Positions 36,697-49,930 of a stretch of DNA of 64,000 nucleotides are shown piece after piece. The notes below the pieces were generated by a model. That model searched no databases and had not been told where the DNA came from. It worked only from the letters and a program-made list of their open reading frames with translations. The stretch comes from Eledone cirrhosa (taxonomy: Eukaryota): assembly GCA_964016885.1 (NCBI GenBank), contig OZ024743.1, positions 271,312,001 to 271,376,000 on the forward strand, given 5' to 3'. Each line of letters opens with the position of its first letter. The stretch's first letter is position 1. Made by a program: the position numbers and the translations under genes.

Positions 36697-39600
36697 CCGC
36701 TTGTTAAATACGAGGACCTCATTCAATCCTTACCTTCTCGCTAACCCAACCTTAATTCCTTAATTCTATCGTATTTTCAAAGCAAAACAAAATCCTTTTT
36801 CTTCTTATAAATTCTTTTAAATATATTTGTTACTTCGAAAACTCTAAACTCCCGCTTCTACTATCTTCTCCCCCTCCCCTACTTCATGGGGGTTCGCGGT
36901 CAGCCACCCCAATATCTACATCATGCGGCCAAACCTATCCCCCCCCCCCATCTCTCTCTCTCTCTCTCTCTCCCTCTCTATCTATATATATACAAGATAA
37001 ACCCTTCAAGTAAATCACATTCGCCAAATTCATCGCTGCTTTCTTCACGGTATATCATGTAACGTAATGTACACATTTTTCTACCATTTCCACACTCCAT
37101 CGTATCCAGTTCAACCCTCCAACAATTCTATAGCATTTTCTCTTCCCCGAATCCAATCTTGCCAAATCCTACTGTAGTTTGTCGTATTTCCCAAAACAAA
37201 TCTGTATTTTTTGTTATTGCTTGTTAAATACGAGGGTTTTTGTTGTATTAAACAAAACAAATCTTGTATTTTTGTTATCGCTTGTTAAATACGAGGACCT
37301 CATTCAATCCTTACCTTCTCGCTAACTACCCAACACCCCTCCCTCCCGCCCCCACGCACCACCATTATTATTACGTGGACCAATCATAAGCCAGAGGCCT
37401 ATACTATCGCTTACCTGGTCGCCTTTCGATATATGATGGATGGATGGACTACGGAATTCTGGAGAGTGGAAGAGAGAAAAATCTGGACGCTCAGCGACAA
37501 TGCCAAAGATAAAGACAAATTCACCTCGTGGACGAGAATGCGAGCACTACTCTTTGTTTCGGCCGCGGATGGCTAACATAACCCCATCTCCCCCCGCTCC
37601 CACCCTCCAAACGCAATCCAAAACTTCAGAGTTGGTACCATGAATGTAGGCACCTTAAAGGGTCGCTCTAACGAGGTTGTAGAAATGCTCGAGCGTAAGG
37701 AGGTTGATGTTTGTTGTATTCAAGAGACCAGGTGGAGGGGTGGGTCTGCTAGATTCATTGAGGGTAAAAAACGACACTATAAGCTTTTCTGGGTGGGAAA
37801 TAACGATGGGCTGGGTGGAGTAGGAATCATGGTAGCAGAAAAGTGGGCAGATAACATAATAGACGTAAATAGAGTGAACGACAGAATAATTAAAATAAGA
37901 CTACGGTGACAGTAATATCTGCGTACGCACCCCAATCCGGACTGCCTGGCACTATAAAAGACAGATTCTATGAGACACTGATGCTCACTACCTCCCAAAT
38001 AACCGACAGTGACTATATAATTATTGCAGGCGACCTAAATAGTCACGTTAGACAACATTGTGACGGCTACGACGAAATCCATGGAGGCTATGGGTTTGGT
38101 ACTAGAAATGAGGAAGGCTCCAGAATCCTGGATTTCTGTGACGTAAATAACCTAACTATCTGTAACACTAACTTCAAAAAACGTGACAATCACCTGATCA
38201 CCTATAGATCCGGGGAACACACAAGCCAGGTAGATTATATCCTTACCAGAAGACGTGACAGAGTGTCTGTTGTAAACACTAAATCCCTCCCCCATGAAGA
38301 ATGCACCTCCCAACATAGACTGATAATTAGCGACCTAATAGTCAGGACGAGACGTACTAGACAACAGAAGAGGACTATCCTCAGGAGAAAAATATGGAAG
38401 CTAAAGGACCCCACAGCCAGAAATAAATTTAAAAGCATACTACTTGATGCTTTCGACAGTAAGGAAGAGCAATTAGAGTCGTACAATATAGAGGAGCAGT
38501 GGGAATTCCTGAAGGCAAACCTGCTGATGGCGGCAGACGAAGTCTGTGGCTGGAGCAGGCTTGTAGGCAGGAGGAGAGTAACATGGTGGTGGAACAGTAA
38601 GGTGGAGGGGTCAATTAAGGCCAAAAAGCAGGCTTGGAAAGTATGGCAGGATGGGGGAAGTAGAGAAGACTATCAAGTGGCCAGGAGGGAAGCTAGGAGA
38701 CAAGTGTACTTCGCAAGAAGGGAAGCAGAGGAAAGAAAGTTCAAGCATGTTCTACAACGCGAGGACCAAAAACGTGAGGTGTTCAGGATTGCTAGGCAAT
38801 GTGTCAAAGAAAACCGTGATATTGTCAGGGAGAAGTGTGTACTTAATGATGACGGCGTACTTGCCATCACCGACGCTGATAAGAAGGTAGCTTGGAAGTG
38901 TCACTATGAAAGGCTACTAAATGAGGAGAATAAATGGGAGAAAGACAGTCTCCCCCACATCGACCCAATAGAGGGACCAGCAGTGTTAGTCGAGGGTAGT
39001 ACAATAAGTAAGGCAATCAAGGATATGAAGACGGGTAAGGCAGCTGGGCCTTCGGAAATAGTTGCTGAGATGCTGAAGGCATCTGGCACGGTGGGACACA
39101 CGATGGTCACCCGGATAGTTAACCAAGTCGTACAGAATGGGGTTGTTCCGAAGGACTGGCGTAGCAGCATCATCGTTAACTGTTATAAGGGTAAAGGAGA
39201 TGCCCTAGATAGGAGTAACTATAGAGGCATTAAATTAATCGACCAGGCCATGAAGGTCACGGAAAAAGTAATAGCGCAACTAATCAGAGAGAGAATTGAC
39301 CTAGATGAAATGCAGTTCGGGTTTGTGTCGGGCAAAAGTACCACAGACGCTCTTTTCATTGTACGACAACTACAGGAGAAGTACCTAGTTAAAAGTAAAC
39401 CCCTATACTTAGCTTTTGTCGACTTGGAGAAAGCCTTCGACAGAGTCCCCTGTTCCATTATCTGGTGGGCTCTTAGAAAACTAGGTGTCGACGAATGGCC
39501 TGTGAGAGCTATACAAGCCATGTATAAAGAAACAGTCAGCAAGGTTAGAATTAACAACGAATATAGTGAAGAGTTTAGCGTAAAAGTTGGCGTCCATCAG

Positions 39601-41031
39601 GGCTCTGTTCTCAGCCCCCTACTATTTATTATTGCCCTTCAGGCTATAACAGAGGAGTTCAAGACCGGCTGCCCATGGGAACTCCTATACGCAGACGACC
39701 TAACACTCATAGCTGAATCAATGGCCGAGCTAGAGAAGAAATTCCAAACATGGAAGCACGGCCTAGAGTCAAAAGGCCTTAAAATTAACCTGGCTAAGAC
39801 CAAAGTTCTAGTTTGTAGGAAAGAAAATAAGGCAGCGGTCCCTTCCGGGAAGTGGCCATGCTCAGTGTGTAGGAAAGGCGTAGGTAGAAACTCCATTTTG
39901 TGTCAGAAATGCAAAGTATGGGTGCATAAAAGATGTAGTGGGATTACAGGTAAGCTAACTAAGAACATAGATTTCACATGTGGCCGGTGCTCTGGTGCAA
40001 TAAGTAGCAGCAAGTGCCCACAAATACTAGCTCTTTCAACTGCGCAGAGGGCTCTATAGAAATAGTGGACAGCTTCCGTTACCTGGGTGACAAAATCAGC
40101 AGTGGGGGAGGGTGCTCTGAAAGTACAGTAGCTAGAGTTAGAACTGGATGGAAAAAGTTCAGAGAGCTTATACCACTATTAGCCGCTAAAGGGTTCTCCC
40201 TAAAAATGAAAGGCAGGTTGTATGATGCCTGCATACGAACAGCAATGTTGCATGGCAGTGAGACCTGGGCATTGTGTGCAGAGGATATACGCAGACTAGA
40301 GAGGAACGAAGCTTGCATGCTCCGCTGGATGTGTAATAGTAATATACGTGAACGGCAAAGCATAAACGAACTAAGGAAAAAATTAGAAATAAGAGGGATC
40401 AGATGTTGTTTACTCGAGAGAAGGCTACGTTGGTATGGACACGTGATGTGCATGAAAGTCGATAGCTGTATAACAAAGTGCAGGGCAATAAAGATAGATG
40501 GTAGCCACGGAATAGGCAGACCTAGAAAAACCTGGGACGAGCTGATAAACTCCGACCTCACACACTTACACCTCTCCAAGACAATGTCACTGGACCGAGA
40601 CCTTTGGCGGTACTCAGTAATAGAGAAGACCCGCCTTACCTAAATACATAGTAAAACCTACTACAGTCACATAGGCATCTCTAACAAAATACACCCCCCG
40701 TCCCACCACCCCCACCCGATCCACACCGCCCCCTTCTATGTAAAGTTATGTTGGTGCCACACCATCCAGGCCGAAACAAATGAGATCGTGTAGGTGTCAC
40801 GACAAAAAAACACACAGTCCACGCTGTAATGTGGCCGTGTAGGCAACACGGTAAAAACCTCCCAGACCCACACTGTAAACGTGGTTGGTGTTAGGAAGGG
40901 CATCCAACTGTAGAAAACCTGCCAGACAGTCCTATGCGAGCAAGACAATCACTCTTGCTTCAAGTGGGAAAACCCCCGTCCAAACCCATGCAAGCGTGGA
41001 ACACGGACGTTAAACCTTGATGATGATGATG
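36697..41031 (+). mobile_element. Full-length RTE LINE, copy B (two frameshifts)
   Basis: Collinear with copy A. About 16-nt deletion near 37900 and 1-nt deletion near 40023; (GAT)n tail; possible TSD ACACAC (36691-36696 / 41032-41037). Confidence 0.95.
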
Positions 41032-41171
41032 ACACACATATATACTGACATATATTTTATTACTATTCCCATCTATGTATGCTTAACTGGCCTCATAGGT
41101 TTCTCAAGAGTTTTAGTGACAGGGGCTGTCTTTAGTCCTAACATGAAAAGCAACATGATGTGAAGTGTCTT

Positions 41172-41868
41172 GACATCTTCTTTATTTTAGTTCCCGTCTG
41201 CGATGGGAATGAAGGTGGCTGTGGAGGCCGATCCTTGACTTGCAGGACCAGGGAGAACGACTTGCGCATCCAGGCCGCCTACATGTGGGTTTGAGACTGG
41301 CAACTGGTTACCTCCATCTGTTACCTCTGCCTCTCACCCATCGGCGCAGGGCTTTGGGAGTGCACGCTAAAGGTTTATAGTGGGAGGGCCAGTGCACAGT
41401 GACGGTCCCACTCACTCGGCCGCAGAATCCGGTGGTACGGAGGACCGTCACGACCAGGGACTTCCTTGGCTGCAGTGGATGGCCACGACGTCTGTAGTGC
41501 CTAGCTGTGCCCTAGCGCTCCACACCGCTTGCTTTCGCCGCCCTCGTGACTGTTGGGACGATGTTGTCCTCCTCCACTCACTCCGCCAGGTTCAGTCTTC
41601 GCATGGAGGGGCAGGCATCCCCTATCTAACTCACCGGGGGGGGGGGGGGGGGGGGGGTTTCAGACCGGTCCGCCTACCCTCAAACTGGTTCGGCCCGCCA
41701 GCCAAGGCGGTTTACCAGGGTGTGGCTGCTGTCGCATGCTACAGCTTCTTGGGGCCACATGTGAGAGCTGAGTGTCAGGTGGGACCCAATGCAGGGCGAG
41801 CTGTCCTGAAAAGGCACGGCTAGCCCCCCCCCCCCCCAGAGGTACATGCCCCTCCCTAACACCCCAGG
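41172..41868 (-). mobile_element. Bipartite non-autonomous RTE derivative (GC-rich 5' UTR joined to ORF2 3' tip), distinct from copies A-E
   Basis: Minus 41244-41182 encodes CKSRIGLHSHLHSHRRRELK*, resembling the C-terminal C2H2 motif of RTE ORF2. The preceding 620 bp are GC-rich and resemble AviRTE/BovB-group 5' UTRs (recalled). Confidence 0.65.
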
Positions 41869-42121
41869 CATATACATACACAAACATATATACATGTGTA
41901 TATACATATTTACACATTTTTGGATGGCCGTTGACTCTTATCATTTCTTCCGCCCTTTGTCAGGTTTTGTTTTTTGTCCTGCAGGGTGTCCAAAATTACC
42001 CTCCTCACCAAGTAAACTTGGTGGGGTTGCCTCGCCGACGACCCGACCATGCGACAGGTTGTACTAGTTTACATGTTACCAGTAGCACTCAAGACATATA
42101 TATATATACATATATACACAA

Positions 42122-43785
42122 GAGAAGTACCTAGCTAAAGGTAAACCCCTCTACTTAGCTTTTGTCGACTTGGAGAAAGCCTTCGACAGAGTCCCCCGCT
42201 CCATTATCTGGTGGGCTCTTAGAAAACTAGGCGTTGACGAATGGCTTGTGAGGGCTATACAAGCCATGTATAAAGAAACAGTCAGCAAGGTTAGAATTAA
42301 CAACGAATATAGTGAAGAGTTTAGCGTAAAAGTCGGCGTCCATCAGGGCTCTGTTCTCAGTCCACTACTATTTATTATTGCCCTTCAGGCCATAACAGAG
42401 GAGTTCAAGACAGGCTGCCCATGGGAACTCCTATACGCAGACGACCTGACACTCATAGCGGAATCAATGGCCGAGCTAGAGAAGAAATTCCAAACATGGA
42501 AGCACGGCCTAGAGTCAAAAGGACTTAAAATTAACCTGGCTAAGACCAAAGTACTAGTTTGTAGGAAAGAAAACAAGGCGGCGGTCCCTTCTGGGAAATG
42601 GTCGTGCTCGGTGTGTAGGAAAGGCGTAGGTAGAAACTCCATTTTATGTCCTAAATGCAAAGTATGGGTGCATAAAAGATGTAGTGGGATCACAGGTAGG
42701 CTAACTAAGAACATAGATTTTACATGTGGCCGGTGCTCTGGTGCAATAAGTAGCAGCAAGTGCCCACAAACTACTAGCTCTTTCAATTGCGCAGAGGGTT
42801 CTATAGAAATAGTGGACAGCTTCCGTTACCTGGGCGATAAAATCAGCAGTGGGGGAGGGTGCTCTGAAAGTACTGTAGCTAGAGTCAGAACTGGTTGGAA
42901 AAAGTTCAGAGAGCTTATACCACTATTAGCTGCTAAAGGGTTCTCACTAAAAATGAAAGGCAGGTTGTACGATGCCTGCATACGAACAGCAATGCTGCAT
43001 GGCAGTGAGACCTGGGCATTGTGTGCAGAGGATATACGCAGACTAGAGAGGAACGAAGCTTGCATGCTCCGCTGGATGTGTAACAGTAATATACGTGAAC
43101 GGCAAAGCATAAACGAACTAAGGAATAAATTAGAGATAAGAGGGATCAGATGTTGTTTACTCGAGAGAAGGCTACGTTGGTATGGACACGTGATGCGCAT
43201 GAAAGTCGATAGCTGTATAACAAAGTGCAGGGCAATAAAGATAGACGGTAGTCACGGAATAGGCAGACCTAGAAAAACCTGGGACGAGCTGATAAACTCC
43301 GACATCACACACTTACACCTCTCCAAGACAATGTCACTGGACCGAGACCTTTGGCGGTACTCAGTAACAGAGAAGACCCGCCTTACCTAAATATATAGTA
43401 AAACCTACTCCAGCCAGTAGGCATCTCTAACAAATACACCCCGTCCCACCACCCCCACCCGATCCACACCACCCCGTTCTATGTAAAGTTATGTTGGTGC
43501 CGCGCCATCGAGGCCGAAACAAATGAGATCATGTAGGTGTCACGACAAAAAAACACACAGTCCACGCTGTAATGTGGCCGTGTAGGCAACACGGTAAAAA
43601 CCTCCCAGACCCACACTGTAAATGTGGTTGGTGTTAGGAAGGGCATCCAACTGTAGAAAACCTGCCAGACAGTCCTATGCGAGCAAGACAATCACTCTTG
43701 CCTCAAGTGGGACTACCCCCGTCCAAACCCATGCAAGCGTGGAACACGGACGTTAAACGTTGATGATGATGATGATGATGATGAT
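42122..43785 (+). mobile_element. 5'-truncated RTE LINE, copy C (remaining frame intact; closest to copy A)
   Basis: 406-aa open frame from mid-RT to the native stop; long (GAT)n tail. Confidence 0.95.
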
Positions 43786-43920
43786 ACAGACATACATACA
43801 TATATAGACATACATACACATATACACACATACATACACATGTACATATATATATACATACACATATACACACATACATACACATTCATATACATACATA
43901 TACATAAACAAATACATACA

Positions 43921-45468
43921 CTGGTCCCATCTGGGAAATAGCCATGCTCAGTGTGTAGGAAAGGAGTAGGCAGAAACTTCATTTTATGTCCCAAAATCAA
44001 AGTATGGGTGCATAAAAGATGTAGTGGGATCACAAGTAAGCTAACTAAGAATATAGATTTTATATGTGGAGGCACATGGCTTAGTGGTTAGAGCATTGGC
44101 CTTGCAATCGAAAGGTTGTGAGTTCAATTCTCAGACTGGGTGATGTGTTGTTTCCTTGAGCAAGGCACTTTATTTCACATTGCTCCAGTTTACTCAGCTG
44201 TAGAAATGAGATGATAGGGACTGGGGTCCCTATCATTCCACTGCAAAGTGGTCGTGGAGGTGCCACGGCAAAAAAGCACCCAGCACTCACTGTAAATGAG
44301 GTTGGTGTTAGGAAGGGCATCCAGCTGTAGAAATCAAGCCAGAATCAGTTCCCGTCCCACCCTTGCAAGCAGGGAAAAGTGGACGTAAAAATGAAATGAT
44401 GATGAATGATGATGTGGCTGGTGCTCAGGTGTAATAAGTAGCAGCAAGTGCCCACAGAATACTAGCTCATTCCATTGCACAGATGGTTCTATGGAAATAG
44501 TGGGCAGCTTCCGTTACCTGGGTGACAAAATCAGCAGTGGTGGAGGGTGCTCTGAAAGTACAGTAGCTACAGTCAGAACGGGATGGAAAAAGTTCAGAGA
44601 GCTTATACCACTATTGGCTGCTAAACGTTTCTCTCTAAAAATGAAAGGCAGGCTGTATGGTGCCTGCATACGAACAGCAATGTTGCATGGCAGTGAGACT
44701 TGGGCATTGTGTGCAGAGGATCTACGCAGACTGGAGAGGAACGAAGCTTGCATGCTCGGTTGGATGTGTAATAGTAATATACGTGAACGGCAAAGCATAA
44801 ATGAACTAAGTGAGAAATTAGGAATAAGAGGGATCAGATGCTGTTTACTCGAGAGAAGACTACGTTGGTATGGTCAGGTGATGCGCATGAAAGACGACAG
44901 CTGTATAAAAAAGTGCAGGGCGATCAAAATAGACGTTAGCCACGGAGTAGGCAGACCTAGAAAAACCTGGGACGACTTGATAAATTCCAAACTCACACAC
45001 TTACACCTCTCCAAGACAATGTCACTGGACCGAGATCTTTGGCGCTACACAGTAATACAGAAGACCCGCTTTGCCTAAGTGCAAAGCAAAACCTGCAGTC
45101 AGTAGACACCTCTTACCAAAATACACCCCCGTCCCACTACCCCCGTCCCATCCACACCACCCCCTTTCGATGTTGAGTCAAGTTATGTTGGTACCACAAC
45201 ATCCAGTCCTAAATAAATGAGGTCGTGTAGGTGTCACGACAAAAAAAAACACACAGTCCACGCTGTAATGTGGCCGTGTAGGTAACACGGTAAAAACCTC
45301 CCAGTCCACACTGTAAACGTGGTTGGTGTTAGGCAGGGCATCCAGCCGTAGAAAAGCCGCCAGACAGTCCTATACGAGCAAGACAACCAATCTTGCCTCA
45401 AGTGGTAAAATTACCGTCCAAACCCATGCTAGCGTGAAAGATGGACGTTAAATGATGATGATGATGAT
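43921..45468 (+). mobile_element. 5'-truncated RTE LINE, copy D, interrupted by a SINE
   Basis: Starts just before the PHD-like region, resumes at about 44412 after the SINE; (GAT)n tail. Confidence 0.92.
44070..44411 (+). mobile_element. SINE family 1, short-tail variant, nested in RTE copy D
   Basis: TSD-like ATGTGG (44064-44069 / 44412-44417); near-identical to 61888-62232. Confidence 0.9.
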
Positions 45469-45847
45469 ACACACACATATATACAAATACATACTTATAT
45501 ACATGCATTCAATGAAGTACATTATACATATTGTAAAAGCAGATAGGTAAGAGGTACTTACATAACCATAGTACCGTGAGGTGGGTTGAGATGGGGGTAG
45601 GGGTAGGGTGGAATGGAGGTGGAGGGGATATTATGTTGAGTGGGATTTTTTAAAAATAATTTTTTAGCCATCTGTCATCAACACTGGCTTAAGATATTTG
45701 AAAGTTGCAAAGTTTTTGTACATGCAATTCGGGCAGTGTTCAGAGAGTTTGTTCAGTGTTAGGCCCTTGGCAAATAGTATTTCGTGGCTCTCTGCTTTGT
45801 ATTGAGTAGCTTACTTACTGTGGTTACCCCCGATTGAACTCGGGATA

Positions 45848-45881
<34 letters not shown>

Positions 45882-46051
45882 TCGTTTAATGTTCATTTTC
45901 CATGCTAGTATGGCTTAGACGGGTTGTCTCATTTGAGGAAGTTGGGTCACGTGACTGTGTTTTGCTCTTATAGAACTGTTTCTGGCTTGGTTTCTATGGC
46001 TGGATGCTCTTCCTAATGCCAACCACATTTACAGTGTGGACTGAGCACTTT

Positions 46052-46095
<44 letters not shown>

Positions 46096-46098
46096 AAA

Positions 46099-46130
<32 letters not shown>

Positions 46131-47271
46131 CCCATATGTACATATTTATATGTGTGTATGTGTACGTATGCATACTTACATTTATGTATCAGCTGTGCTA
46201 GGGTGAGATATAAAATTCTAAGTTCCTCACGCCTCCCCCTGTCTATTGTGTTGGTTTCCTGACAAATAGTGTTCCACTTGTTTGAACAATAGAACTGCCT
46301 GCTTGTGAAATTGTGATTCAGCATTCTGCAAGCATGTGCACCCATAACATAACTCTCAAGAATACAATGTTTCCAGAAGACACTGTAAAGTGGTTAGTGT
46401 TAGGAAGGACATTCAGCTCTAGAAGCCATGCTCCCAGTATATGCTATAAAGTGGTTGGTGTTAGAAAGAACATTCAGCTGTAGAAACCATGCTCCCAGTA
46501 TACACTGTAAAGTGGTTAATGTTAGGGACACCCAGCCATTAAAACTATGCCAAAAACAAGCAAGATGTAACCTGCCTGGTCATACCTCAGTATATGGCAG
46601 CCTATCTAACCCATGCATGGAAAATAAACATTAGATAATGATGGTGATATGTTACTTCATAAATGGTTAAAGATGATAGAGAAGGAAATGGAAGTCAGTG
46701 AGGTGGGAAGCAGAGGATAAGAAAAAATTGAGAAGCTTGTCATGGGCCCCTCTCCCATCCCACATAGTTAACTCTTCACTTTGGCAGGGCAGATGGCCTT
46801 AAAATGTAGAAACCAACCCAAAATTGGAATGTATGAGCAAGTCATGGTGATCTGGCTTGTCTAGTTTCAGAAAATGATAACTCTTCTAAGCCGTGCAAGC
46901 ATGGTAAATAGACATTAAACAGAGATGACACAGTGTGTGACAAAGCTGGTCCACATGAATTACTGGAACAACTCATTTCCCCCCACCTGAATAGACTACT
47001 GGAGCAACATAAAATAAAGTGCCTTGTTCAAAGATACAACACACAATACCCTTACCTCTCTTTTTACTCACATACCTAATGTATCTTTGTGTATGTTTAC
47101 ACACACACCCGCACACACACGTATATTTAGTATTGTATATGTGCATCCTTATGGCAAGTAAAAAAATAGGATTGTTATTGTTATAATATAATGTTATGTC
47201 ACATCTGTTAATTGTGTTTTATAATTAATCTTCTAGTTAATATCACTACCTACGTTTATTTTTTTATATAA

Positions 47272-47908
47272 CTACCAGTGGTACCCGGCGTTGCACGGGA
47301 TAAGGTATTTTGGAATACGGGCAGCCAACAGACCTAATCGTGGAAAAACTGCATGCCTGGATAATATGTAAAGAAAATAAACCGAATACTCTGATGGCTG
47401 GATAATCTTTAAGATTTTCCTCGATGAAGCAGGAAAATGCAGGTTTTCACCTAATGTGGGCCCTAGGGGATCAAGAAAATGAATTTTTTTATGTGCATAA
47501 TATGCCTTGAAATTTCGGGAAAATCGGCTAGACATGCCTCAAAAAAACCCTAAATAGCTGAAAAAATGAAGTTTTTCACGTAATGCGGGCCCTAGGCCAT
47601 AAAAAAGTTGGATTTTCTTTACTCACGGTATGAAGAAGAGACAGACTAATACATAGTTACAATTTCAAGGAGATCGGTCTGACATAAAGCTTCAAAAAAC
47701 CCCTAAAAAGCTGAAGAAACGCAGTTTTTCATCTAATGCGGGCCCTAGGAAATCAAAAAGTTGAATTTTATGTGCATAACACTCCCTGAAACATAAGTAA
47801 TACACATGTAAAGTTTGAAAAAATCGATTGGGTACTTTTTGAGTTTTAGGGATTCAAACTCACAGACACACACACACAGACAGATATCCTCAGTTTTATA
47901 TATATAGA
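47272..47908 (-). mobile_element. Non-autonomous Helitron
   Basis: Minus strand: A|TCTATATATATAAAA start with a (CTGT/GT)n tract, subterminal hairpin CCCGTGCAACGCCGGG, end GTAG|T (CTAG variant), no TSD. Three internal subrepeats containing TAATG(C/T)GGGCCCTAGG. Confidence 0.8.
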
Positions 47909-49350
47909 TTACAATACATGTCCATCCCCACATGTATTGTAATTTCTGTGTTTATAATATACAAGATCTATTATTATTATTGCAAAAGAAGTTGTGTGGT
48001 GGACACATTTGAAAGGGTTGAAAACAGGCACTGTCCTCTTTGATGAAGCCCTAATTAACTTCTTCAGGTTTCACTTGAAGAGGAAATCAGGGTGGAGAAG
48101 GAAGTACTGCCTTCCAACCAGTTTGTTGAAAGATGGGTAAGAATGGCAAGCAGGGCATAATTGAATGGGCCCCGCTCTGGGTTTATATACCTGTAGACTT
48201 GAGGGGGCACTTGGTCCAGTAGTCAAGGAGATCATGGCTTTTTGTGGGCTTACTCCATGAGTGACCCTCGAAAATACCACACACACTCACACATTAGGGA
48301 TTTTTTGATTGATTTTTAAATGTTTATTTTTTCTTTAGTTTTTTAATATTATTTTTTACACACACAGACCCACATTGGCAATTCCCCCTCCCCCCCACCC
48401 CCCACAAAAAATGCAGGCATTGTACTTAAATTAGAAACCATTATTATTATTACTATGTGGGCGGTGGATTGGCAGTATCAGTAGAGGGTCGGACGCCATG
48501 CTTTGACGTATAGAGTTACGGCCCTTGCCATTCTGAGTTCAAATCCCGCCGAGGTTAACCTTGCTTATCATCCTTATGGGGTCGATAAAGTACCAGTAAT
48601 ACACTGGGATAATTGCTGGCCTTGTGCCTAAAATAGAAACAATTATTATTACTATGCTCTGTTCATTGATTAAATTCAATACTTGCCATAAAACGTGAAG
48701 CAAGTGAATAAGTTATGTTACACAGATTATTCCTGTAAGAAACAAGTACATAGAAAAAAAAAGTGACACACACATTTATTGTTGTTGTTGTTATTATTGT
48801 TAATGTTATTAGTAGTAGTAATAGATAAATTAGTAGCAATAGTAGTTATTTCAGTAAAAATAGTATATAGTATATTGGTAATCGATAAGTGATAATAGAG
48901 ACTGCCTCCCTTCATCGTCGTCACCAACAGTAAGGCCATCACTATACTGACTACCAACATGATCAATACCACCCGACCATTCACCAATACCATGCTCTTA
49001 CTACACTTAGCTATCAGTATTACCACCACCCACACTCATCCCATCCCACAAACCTCTATGTGGTCTATAAATAGCTGTCAATCACACCCTACCTACTGTC
49101 TTTAACACCTTGGGATAATACATCCTGAGTTTTCTGCACATAAAAAAAAAGTGTGGTCACTGCTGTTATGCCTTTTATTATAAGGTCTGCTTGATCAAGG
49201 ATGACCTGGGGTTAAACAGCAGTAACCGCACCTTCTCTCATTATATGCATTGCCAACTCTATCCTTGCTATACCCATCTCTAATTTCTATCAACACTACA
49301 CTAATAGATGTATTTCCTATTCAGGGTTCTTTAAGTCCCTTGCAACTTAA

Positions 49351-49600
49351 CCCTTTCATTACTATATTTCTAATGAAAGACACTGCCTATGATTTTCAAA
49401 TAATTTTGAAAATAATCATGAATTTGGAGGAATTTAGTAACTTTCTCATTATTCAGATGGTGTTTGGAGAATAACTTAACAAAGGCTATCACATAAAAGT
49501 GTGATGGAAGTTTTTTTTAAGATAAATATAAATGCTTTACAACAAACAGCTTGTACCCTAGAGCCAGGGTAGGGTTTCAGCTAATTTAGTACTAAAAGGG
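49351..49600. mobile_element. piggyBac-type MITE family 2 (degenerate copies about 11950-12213, 15555-15762, 21550-21800, 61390-61581)
   Basis: TTAA-CCCTTTCATTAC.ATATTTCTAATGAAA ... AAAAGGG-TT(A/G)A termini recur through the window. Confidence 0.6.
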
Positions 49601-49930
49601 TTGAGCTGGTGTTTGGAACATTATTAAGCTGATATTTAATCCACTTTAAAGTGTTCATAGCATTTAACATTTAAACCAACTGTATCCAGCCGGAATTCTC
49701 TCACCTCTTTCTGTTAAAACTGGCCATAACTGGCCACTCATACTGATATTAAGGTATTTTTCTTGAAATAAATAATACCAAAATCTCATAGATTCAATAT
49801 TATGTGAGATAAAGCCTTTACCATGAAAATACTATAGTATATATAAAGTAATGTAAATGCTAAAGAGTTAGATAGAAACCTACTGTCATAATTTCAAGTA
49901 AGATTGTTTTTTAAGAATTATGTTCAGTCT

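Noticed and set aside
41380-42134. 147-aa and 120-aa ORFs as host genes
   Set aside because: They lie in GC-rich transposon UTR sequence, cross homopolymer runs and show no domain features.
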